From NCBI GenBank assembly GCA_004431415.1, contig QPMI01000243.1, forward strand, positions 44,649 through 108,648: 64,000 bases of DNA. Reading direction: 5' to 3'. Position 1 is the stretch's first letter. Every line of letters starts with the position of its first letter. A program made the position numbers and the translations under genes. The DNA comes from Cyanophora paradoxa CCMP329 (lineage: Eukaryota; Plantae; Glaucophyta). The notes under the pieces were generated by a model, which was not told where the DNA came from, made no database searches, and was given only the letters and a program-made list of their open reading frames with translations. This document shows, one piece after another, positions 26,168 to 36,400 of this stretch.

Positions 26168-26510
26168 ATGTCCGTCCAGCCCGGCTTTATGGTCCAGGAG
26201 CAGGTGCCGTCCCTCGTTGAAGATTGCGACTCTGGATTCTGACGTTCTTCTGATGATTTTCCAGAATGGCAAGTCCTCGGTCCGTGTCCACCACCGCCCC
26301 GGTGGCGCCAGCGACATGGGCTCGATCCTCTTCGGCGGCGCCCCCGCCGAACCCGCCAAGCCCAAGGCCGCGCCGGCTCCCGTAGAGCCCGCCAAGCCCG
26401 CTGCACCCGTCGCGCCCGCCGTCCCCGCCGAGAACAAGGAGAACCAGGCGAAGTCGAGCGTCCGTGTCCACGCTGCCCCCGGCGGCAAATCCTCCCTCGT
26501 GCTCGGCTAG
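26168..26510 (+). CDS. SPIRAL1-like small microtubule-associated protein (two RVH-x-x-PGG motifs)
   Basis: Two exons: MSVQPGFMVQEQ|NGKSSVRVHHRPGGASDMGSILFGG...KSSVRVHAAPGGKSSLVLG*. Confidence 0.75.
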
Positions 26511-26660
26511 GTAGATAGTTTCAGCATTTCAGTGGTAGTTTACAGTCTAGGTGCGGTTCTACTTTTTTGCTTGTACGTTTTTCCCATGTACCTATGCTAA
26601 CAAAACCTCTTTTTCCATCGACTGCACTGCATCGAGGCCGGCGGGCGCTTCAGTCGCCTC

Positions 26661-27431
26661 CTAGCTTTTGGCTAGGAGATCCAAAGATGGCTTGCACTCG
26701 TGCAAGAGATTGTACTGCTTGACCTGCGGGAGGGCGCACGCGAGCATTCCTCGAGCTTAGGTCGTGCCTGGCAGTTGCGAGGCGGTGCGCACGGTCTGTA
26801 TAGCCCCCGGTCCGCGTAGCGCTCGCAGCTTTTCTATTGTCGCCTCCGCCGACAGATCGGGAAATCTGCACATGATGTACACCGCCAGGACTGTTCCGCT
26901 GCGCCCCAGGCCGCCTCTGCAATGGATCAGCGACTTCCTCTCGCTTGAGCACGCCGCGTGTAGAAGCGGAAGCTGCAGGAAGGCATGTCGGGAAGACCGT
27001 CGGTTGCGAGGGGCATGCGAGCGCGTACGATGGACTTCAACTGCTCCTCAGATGGCGGCGACCCGTCCTCCATCGGGAAGTGGTGTACAGTTAGCCCTGA
27101 CGCTTTGTACTCGTCGAGAAGCGACGGTATCTTGTAGCTGGACCGAGTTTCAGAGGAGCGAAACGCGCGCACGTACGCGCAGCTTTGCTAGAGCAAGAGC
27201 GCACCGGCCTAGCTCAGAGGTCGTGCAGAGGCAGAATACTTCATCAATACCGGCCTCTCGAATCGCCTTCAGGTCGCTGACAATATTCCTCTTCACGCCG
27301 CCGTACTTCCCTCCTGGAAGCGATGAGAGCGCTATCGCTCCGGGAGCGATGGCGGGCGAGGCGAGGAACGTGATGTCGAGCGGGCCGGGCTCCGGCTTCG
27401 GCGGGCTCGTGCAGATGGACTCATCTGCCAT
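26661..27431 (-). CDS. CDKN3: CDKN3/KAP-type dual-specificity phosphatase
   Basis: LPGGKY..RNIVSDL, HHFPMEDG, catalytic HCRGGLGRS and LRALRGPGAIQTVKQYN. Confidence 0.85.
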
Positions 27432-27594
27432 GGTGGAATGACTGAGCTGTCGCGCTGCCCAGCGCTGCTGCGCTGGGCAGTGGGGGGTACAGCAGCCTCG
27501 CCAAACTCGGCGCCCGCGATTTTGCAGCCTGGTAACGTTGGCCCAGCGGACGTCGCCTTGCCGAGAGCTCGTGCAGCAAGCCGCGCTAGCGGCC

Positions 27595-30500
27595 ATGGCG
27601 ACTCCGATAGAGCGGCTGTTCGCCGAGTGGAAGGCGCTCGCTATTGAACTAGCGCTCTGGTGCTCGCTTCTCATCCGCGTCGTGGCGAGGCTGCAGCTAA
27701 CGGCACGCCGCACAGGGAGGACGAGTTCGCAGAAGTTGTCGGGAGGCATCCGACAGCGGAGGATCGGTGAGCCAATCCCGCCGGGCCCACTGCGGATCGG
27801 GCGCAGGGCAGGGCATGCGAGCTCGTCACAGCGACGCGCCGCCCCGCCCCGCAGCCTGCACGTTTGAGGCCGCAGCTCACCCGCCGGCCCGCCCCGCAGA
27901 CTGCGCGACGCGATGCGCTCCTCCCAGTACAGCCGGATGAAGCAGATCGAGGTCATTCTGCCGACAGGGAGGGACTTCGAGAGCGCCAAGGCGGCGGCCG
28001 CCGCCGCCGTCACAACCACGCGCGAGCTCCGGTGCGTCGAGCGCGGCGGCGCGGCCGGCGGGCGGCGCGGCCGACGGGCGGGGGCGCAGGAAGCGGGAGC
28101 GGGAGATGGAGCGTGCGGAGATGCTGCGGATGAGCGACCCGTACGGCCTGCCGGCGATGCCGCCGGTCACGCCCTCGAGGATCCAGGGCATGCCTCGCCG
28201 CGAGTCCATGCCTCTCATGGCGGGGGCGGGGCCCCTGCCGATGCCGGCGGCCCCGGCCCCGCTGGTGGCGGCGGGGGCGGGGGCGGCGGGGGTGCCGACG
28301 GGGGCGGAGGTGGCGGACATGGCGGAGTACCTCGGGATGAGGCTCCCCGAGGACGGCCCCTTCATGTGGATCGCGTGCGCCCGCCTCACCGGCTCGAGGC
28401 CCCGCGCTCGCCCCGTCGCTCCCAACCCGGCCCCCCGCCCGCAGGCAAGAGGCCCTCCTCGCGCCCCTGCCCCGTGCGCCGCCCCCGCCCCGCCCCCGCC
28501 CCGCCGCCCCGCCGCGGCGTTCGAGGCGGTGGCGGGCAGCGAACTGGAGCGAGCACATGGACGAGGCGGGGGGCGTGTACTACTACGACGCGGTGACGGA
28601 CAACAGCACGCGCACGCACCCAATGGACGCGTACTACCGCCAGCTCTACCTCTCCATGAAGCACGCCAGCCTCGCCAACCCCGCCCCCCGCGCACCCGCA
28701 CCCGCCCCGGCACCCGCCCCGCCCCGCCCCCGCCCCGCGCCGCCGGCCTCGGGCAGCCGACGCCGCGCGTGGGGCCGGCGGGGGCGCACGGGCGCACGCG
28801 CTGGGCCCCGAGCCCGAGGAGCACGGGCGGGGGCCCTCCCCACGCCCGCCCCCGCGCCCCAGGCGACCCCCGCCCCGCCGCCCCCCACCTCCAGCCGCCC
28901 GCCCCGGAGCCCCAGGCCCCGTCCGCCCCGCACCCGGAGCGCCCGCCGCCCTCGCCGGTGCCGCCGGGGGAGGCGCAGGCGGCGGCGGCGGCGCGGCAGC
29001 AGACGGAGCTGATCGCGGCGCAGCTGGCGCAGCAGCAGCGCGCGCAGGCGATCCTCGTCGAGCAGCAGCGCGCGCACGAGCGGCACCTCGAGGCGCAGCG
29101 CGCGGCCCAGGAGCGGCTGCAGGCGCAGCAGCGGGAGCAGGAGCGGCTGCTGGAGGCGCAGCGGGCGGCGCAGCTGGAGGCGCAGCGGGCGCAGCTGGAG
29201 GTGCAGGCGCAGCTGCAGGCGCAGATGCGGGCCCAGCAGGCGGTCCTCCAGCAGCAGGCCCAGATCCTCCTCAGGCAGCCGGCCCCCGCCGCGCCGGCCC
29301 CGGCCCCGGCCACCCCCTCGAGGCAGGGCCAGGCGCAGCAGCAGAAGCCGGGGGCGGCGGGGGCGGCGGGGGCGGCGGAGGCGTCGCTGGTGGCGCGGGC
29401 GGCGGGGCGCTACATCGAGGCGGCCCAGCGGGGCCCGCAGTTCGAGGCCGACCACTTCGCCGCCCTCGTCGCCGCCCCGAGGCCGAGGCCGCCGCCGCGG
29501 CCCCGGAGGAGGCGGAGGAGGCGCCGCCGTCGCCGCCGGCGGGGCCCTCGCTCATCGCGGTCGGGGCGAGGCGGGCGATCGACCGGGGCGGGGCGGAGCG
29601 GGAGGCCCGCGGGGCGGGGCGCAGCGCGGAGCAGGCGGCGGCGCGCGCCCTGCTCGGGGCGCCCCCGGCGAGCCCCGGGAGGCGGGCGCGCGGCAGGCCC
29701 CGCCCTCCCGGGGCGCGTCGAGCGGCAGGGGGAGCCCGCGCGGGCGCGCAAGGCGGCCCGGGCGACGGAGGAGGAGGAGGCGATCGCCGCCGTCATGCGC
29801 CGCCAGTTCCTCGCCCCCGACCCCCCGCGGCCGAGGCCGGGGCGCCCGGCGAGGCGGCCCCCGCGGCCCCGACGGCGTCCACGGCGGCCGGTGGCCCCGC
29901 GGAGGGACCCCGCTCGCCCAGGCGCCGGCCCTCGGAGCCGGCCGCGGCGCCAACGCCTGCGGAGCACGCGGTGCAGCGGCACGCGCACGCGGCGGAGAAG
30001 CCGCACGAGCCGCGGCGGGAGTCGGAGGCGCGGCGCGGGTCGGGGCGGGGCGGGGCGCGGGGTCTCGGCGGGGTCGGAGGCGGGGCGGGAGGGGCGGTGG
30101 AGCGCTTCATCGAGGGGGTCATCGGGGAGGTCTTCGAGGCCCTGGGGGGGCCCCGCCCGCCCCGCACGCTCCGGCCCCGGCCCACCCGCACGGCCACGGG
30201 GAGGAGGCGGGGCCGGGCGGGGAGGGGGCGTGGGAGGGGGTGCGGGAGCGGGTGGAGGCGCTCGTGGCCGGCTCGCTCGAGCGGCAGCTCGGCAGCGCCC
30301 CCGCCGACATCCGCGCCGCCGTCCACCGCGAGGCGAGCGCACCCCCCCTCCCCCTCCCCCTCCTGCGCCGACCGCCCCGCGCAGGTCAGCGACTACATCG
30401 CCGGCACGCTGGGCGCGGGGGCGCCAGGCCCGCTCGCCCACCCTCGGCCTGCCCCGCCGCACCCCGCCGGCCCCCAGCGGCGGCGGCGGGGCGGCGGGGC

Positions 30501-32317
30501 GGCCCTCGGAGCCGCGGGCGCAGGCGGCGGGGCCGCGGCGGGAAGCGACGCCGCCGCCGCCGAAGGCGCCGCGGCCGCTTGGGGAGGCGCTGGCGGGCTC
30601 GGCGCGGAGCAGCGCGACCTCGCTGCACCGCGGCCTCGGCCAGGCCGCCGACACCCCGCACGCCCCCGCAGCCGCCTCCGCCTCGGCCTCCGGCTCCGGC
30701 TCGCTGGCCGGCCTGACGCCCGAGGCGGTGCGGGCGCGGGCGGCCGGCCTGGGGATCGCCCTGCCGCGCGACTGGGCGCTGGCGTGGATCGCGCACCTCG
30801 CGCTGCAGACGCCGCTGCCGGCGGAGTGGGAGGAGCACGTGGACTCGCGGGGCGGGCGCTACTACTACAACGCGGTGACGTCGGGGAGCACGCGGCGGCA
30901 CCCGCTCGAGCGCATGTTCGTCGCGCTGGCGCAGCAGGTGCGGGCGGGGCTCGCGGCGCGCGGCCTCGAGGGCCTCGCCCCGCACCACGCCCGCATCTCC
31001 GCCCGCTGGTTCTCCGGCGCCGCCACCCTCCGGCCCCACATCGGTGCGCCCCCGCCCCGCCCGCCCTCGCGCCCGCGCGCGCGCCGGCGGCGGGGGCTGA
31101 GGCGGGGCGCAGTGCGGCTGGTGAACGCGGCGCCGTGGCTGCCCTTCGAGGAGGCCGGGGCGGGGCGCGCTACTGGCTCAACTTCCACACGGGGGAGCGC
31201 TGCGGGGGGACGCCCCCCGACGTGCTCCACCGCGCGGCCACGCGGGTGCAGAGCGTGTACCGCGGCCACCTCGGCCGCCGCGCCGCCCGCGAGGAGCGCC
31301 TCATCGAGGAGGCCGCCACCCGCGAGTACTCCGCCACCCGCATCCAGGCCGCCTGGCGCGGCCACCGCACCCGCCGCGCCCTCGGCGTCCCGCCACGCCA
31401 CGCCCACGCCCCGCACCCCGCGGCCGCTCCTCCGAGCGGCGCCCGCGCCCCGCCGAAGCCGCGGGAGGGAACCCCGGCCCCGCGGGGCGCCCCCGCAAGC
31501 GCCGGGCAGCAGCCGCAGCCGGCAGGCGGCCCGAAGGCCGGGGCGGGGGCAGCCGGGAGGCGTCGCCGGTGCGGGAGCGGCTGGAGCGGCTGCGGGGGCG
31601 CTGGCGGCGGTGCAGGAGCAGTGGGGCGGCTTCGCGGGCCTGCCGACCTTCCGGGCGCAGGCGCTCGCCGAGAAGCTCCAGGCCCTCCACCGCGACGTCT
31701 CCCTCCTCGTCCGCCCCCGCGCCCCCGCCTGCCCTCTCCCCGCCGCTTCCCTCCTCGCTGAGGGACCCCGCAGGACTCGACCCTGTCGCGCCAGAACTCT
31801 CCCCTCCACACGCCCCAGGGCCCGCCCGGCCCGCTCCTCGCGCCCCACCCGCGCGCCCGCTCCCTCTCCCCGGGCCGCCGCCGCGTCTCGCAGCGCTCCG
31901 TGCCGGGGCCCGGGCTCGCGCCCTCGGGCCGGCCCCTCCTCCCTCCCGCAGCTCTCGGCCTCCCTGCCGGGCCCCGCGCACGCGCCCCTCCCGCCCTCGT
32001 GGAGCGCGCCCCCGCCGCCTTCCTCCCGCACCTCTACCCCCGCGCCCCGCCCGCTGTCCCGCCGGGCGCACCCGTGGGCAAGCCCCGCGTCGTCACCGAG
32101 TCGGTGCGCCGCCCCGCCGCCCCGCCGGGGGCGCCCCGCCGACCGGCCCGCCCCGCGCAGCACGTCAAGAAGCACCTCTCCATCAACAACTACGTCCGCA
32201 TCCCCGCGCGGGTGCGCACCCCCCGGGCCTGCACCGCGAAGCCGGCGCGGGGCGAGCCGGCGAGGGGCGCAGGCTCGCGTGGCGGCCGTCCCCTCGGGGG
32301 CCCGCACGGCCCGGTGA
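27595..32317 (+). CDS. Large protein with two CEP164-type N-terminal/WW modules, a Gln-rich coiled coil and two IQ motifs
   Basis: EVADMAEYLGM..PFMWIA..W.EHMD..G.VYYY..T..ST.THPMD.YY; a second copy at ~30710-30930; IQ motifs VQSVYRGHLGRR and IQAAWRGHRTRR; 3' end approximate. Confidence 0.7.
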
Positions 32318-32887
32318 CACGCGGCCCTACCGATCGCGCAACTGGAGGCCAGCGCTGGACCCAGGCGTCGGGCTCGGCGTTTCATCCTTTTGCCCGGGGC
32401 GCACGTGCTCCAAGCCCATGGCTTGTGCAGCAATGGGTCAGATCTTCTCTGATGTTTCTCCGGCTTTCCGAATTTCCCATAATCGATATCAATGCCTTGA
32501 AACGGCGTGCCTTAAACTGGATATTCCGCTGGCTTGATGCAGCCGCTGAGCGTCTAGATCTCTTAAATTGCGGTAAAAAATTTCTCCGCTGCGAACTTCG
32601 AATTTGGGCATGGCGCGAGTCACTGGCAAGGCCTTAATGGTCAACACGCTCAGCGCGCCACGGGGCGCGGCGGCTAGCGAGTCCGACGGTCGAAGTTACT
32701 GCAGTTAACGTTGCAACGGTTCCGAGTTTCAAGTTCAACAGTTAAATTTGAGCTTCAAGCCCTTGAAGCCTTGAAGGCTTTGAAACCGTTGAACTTGAAA
32801 CTTGATCACGAAACTCGCCCCGCCGCCGCCGGGCCCCGGGGCCGGGCCGCCGGCCGATTCGAAAGCCGCGATCCGATGCCTAGATGA

Positions 32888-32944
32888 TGTGCCATCCACT
32901 TCCCGACTCGCTCGGCTCGAGCGAGTCGGGAAGTGGATGGCACA
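32888..32944. other. Perfect inverted repeat (27-bp stem, 3-nt loop) between convergent genes
   Basis: TGTGCCATCCACTTCCCGACTCGCTCG-GCT-CGAGCGAGTCGGGAAGTGGATGGCACA. Confidence 0.9.
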
Positions 32945-33407
32945 ATGATCATCGGATGGCCCGTGAATACACTCTACATCTGAGGCACACCCACTTTTCA
33001 TTTGACAATTCGAGCCTTACTAGTTACAAAATTGACTCCGAAGATTCACTAGATCCCTCGCGAGGCCTGACCTGTGAGGTCCGACCAGCCACTGGCCCAG
33101 TGGGCCATGTTCGAACACGCCGTGATCATGACGAACAGACTCGTGACTTCGGAAGTCTGAAGCCTTCCAAGTTTAGGGGTCAGGGGGGGTAAGAGTTCTG
33201 AAATCTGAGACCTCTGCCGACAGTCTCTCTACGGGTTCTATTCATGATCAGACAAATTCAGACAAACATGAAGAGCAATACGGAAGGCGATTGCGAGGCG
33301 GGGGTGACGACCTAGACTACACTCCCGGCGCCTCGAGCCCCCTCCGATCCCGATTGCATGGGGCTGTACACCTAGGCCTACCTAAACGCCCTACACCTCG
33401 CGTGGGC

Positions 33408-36400
33408 TCACGGCCAGACGGCGAGGATGAGGGGGGTGAAGAGGACGAAGAAGAAGAGGAGGATGGAGCGGGCCCAGAGGTTGAGGCGCTCCAGCCGCGC
33501 CAGGTAGAGCTCCCGCCGCCGGTACGCCAGGCGGATCCGCCCGAAGAAGAACTTGTACCTGCGCCGCCCCGCGTCAGGCCCCGCCGCCGCCACCGCAGCA
33601 GGGGGCGGGCGCGCTTCTCGTTGGCGTGGGCCTCGTAGGTCGCGAGGTCGAAGAACGGCAGCGCCTTGTGCTGCGCCCCGGGGCCCCCGTCAAGATCGGG
33701 GGCTCGAGGCGGCGCCTGGGCGGGGGCGGGGCGGGGGCGGGGCGGACGCGGGCGACGGCGTCCTCGTCGGCGGTGCTCTTCCAGTTGAAGGGGCGCGCGG
33801 CGCCGCGCTCCTGCTTCTCGGCGTCGAGCTGCTCCTGCTTGACGAGGGCGGCGTCGCGGGGCCCGACCTCCACCTCGCCCCCGTTCGTGATCACCCGGGC
33901 GACCACCGCCGGCCGCCCCTCCTCCGACGTCGACGAGCGCGGCGAGTCGGGGGCCACGGCGATGGCGGGGGCCGGGCGCTGCGCAGGGCCGGGCGGCTTG
34001 GGGAAGGCGAGGCGGGCCTCGCGCTTGTCGCGCTCCTCCTTGAGCCGCGCCATCTGCTCCTCGCGGCGGCGCTCGACCTCGAGGAGCTTCGCCTCGCGCT
34101 CCACGAGCATCCGCTCGCGCTCCTCCTGCCCGATGTCCCCCTTCATCTCCTCGGTGAGGCCGTGCATGAAGCGGATGAAGATCTGGATGGTGATCGAGAT
34201 GATGCCGATGATGTACGCGAGCATGATGTACAGCGCCATCCGCGTCACTGCCCCCATCCCGCACGCCCCGTCGGCCCCGCGCCGGCCCGCGCAGCGCGGG
34301 GGCGGGGGCGGGGGCGGCGTGCGGACCGTAGGAGACGGGCGGGGAGGCGCCCTGGACGACGAAGGAGAAGCCGAGGGTCGCCGAGATGCCCACCGCGCAC
34401 ACGCTCACCCGCCCGTCTGCCGCCCCGCGGCCCCGGCTCGGCGAGGGGCCCGGGGGGCGCGGCGGGGCGGGAGCGGACCGGACTTGAGGGGCATGAAGTA
34501 TGTGGTAAGAATTGCTAGGCAGATGAGGGCGATGGGGAAGAGGATGTTGACGCTGTTGTACGTGCTCATCCCTGCCCCGGCAGGCGCGCGAGCGCCCCGT
34601 CAGGCGCCGCGCGAGCCCGAGGGGCGGGGCGCGGGCGGCGGCGCACGGGCGGCGCGGACGGTCGTCCACAGCACGTCGAAGTTCTGCGGCGGGGAGGGAG
34701 CGTCAGCGGGCGGCGGGGGGCGGGCTTCGGCGGCCGCTCTCGTGGGCGCGCCTTGTAGATCCCTGTGAGAGGCGCGCGCGAGCGGCGTCGGCGAGGCGAG
34801 CGGGGCGCGCGGCGGGCGGGGGCGGGGCTGGCGGGGCGGCGGACCGGTCTGCTGCTTGAGGGTGAACTGGGAGTAGGAGTAGTAGCGGAACTGGCTGTCG
34901 TTGATGCTCTTCATCACGACCTCCTGCTCCGTGAGGTCCGACTGCGCGCCCCGTGGGTGAGCTCGGGGGCCGGGGCGCCGGGTCGCGAGCGGGGCGCGGG
35001 GGTGCGGACGGGGATGTAGGTGAGGTAGGAGCTGTTCCACGTGTTCGAGCGCACGCCGATCTTGAACGTCTCTGCCCGCCCGTCAGGCCCTCGACCCCGA
35101 CCCCTGCCCGGGCCCGGGCCCCAGCGCACGCGTGTCGAACGGGTACTTGGAGACTGCGCGCGAGGCGGGTAAGGGGCGTGGAGAGGGGGAGAGGGGGCCG
35201 GGGGGCGGCGGGGGCGGGGCGCGCCGTCCATCTCGGAGAAGAAGGTCTGGATGAAGCGCTTGTAGACCTTGACGGAGCCGGCGTTGGTGATCGAGACCCG
35301 CACGTCGAACTCCTGCGGCTTCTCCCGCACGTTCGTGAACCTGCCCGCCCCCTCAGCCCCGGCGGGGGCGGGGCGGGGCGGGGCGGCGCGCGTGAGGAGG
35401 GGCTCCCAGATCTTGGCGAGGACGGGGGCGTTGCCCTCGACGAGGGCCTGCTGCTTGGGGTTCGCGAAGCGCAGGTCCGTCCAGTTGTAGACCGCCGTGA
35501 TGTCCGCCTTGAAGCTCTGGTCCCGCTCCGACACCGCGAAGATCGAGTTGAACTGCAGGACGCACGAGACCAGCAGCGGCGACTCCCGCGTCAGCCTCAG
35601 CGCCAGCTGCTGCAGCGCGCGCCGCCGCGCGGGGGAGCCCGGATTGGCGGCGGCGAGGGCGAGGGTGGCGTTGGCGTCGGCGACGGGCATGCTCTCCGCG
35701 TCGTAGTCGTCGGGCGTCTCCTGCTTGTTGATGGCGTACACGAAGACGCCGGCGGAGGCCATGCTGCCGACGGGCACGGGCTCGAGCACCGCCGGCTTGC
35801 GCGTGCGCGCGTCCCGCACGAGCGCCCCGCCCGAGAGGAAGGCCGCCGTCCCGTTCACTGCCCTGGAGAGGTGAGGCGAGGGGGACGGGCGCCGAGGCCG
35901 GGGCCGGGGCCGAGGGCGGCGGGGTGCAGACCGTCGAGGGGGACGGAGACGTTGGAGCCCGGGTAGAGCTCCGACGCGTCGCCCACGCCGACCGTGCTGG
36001 CGGGCCGCGTGAGGCGGGGCGCGCGGGCGGGGGGCGGGGGCGGGCGGGCACTAGTAGAAGGTGAGGATGGAGGAGCCGGCCGAGGAGAGGACCTCGCTCG
36101 TCCTGCGAGGCGCCCGTCGGCGAGGGCCCGCCTCGGGGGGCAAGGGGCGCTGCGCGGGGAGGAGCAGCAGGCGCACAGGGTGTAGTTGACGGGCGCGGCG
36201 CGCGAGTTCATGCGCAGCCGCGGCACGATGTCTTCCCCCGGCGAGCGCGTCAGGCGAGGGGCGAGAGAGGGCGACGGAGAGGAGGAGGCGGGGGGCGGGC
36301 GGGGGCGCACTGGCGTTGGCGTTGCCGAGGCGGACGGGGCGGGAGAAGCGGACGTTGACGTCGACGACGGCGCCCTCCGTGAGGCGGCTCCCCGCCGGCA

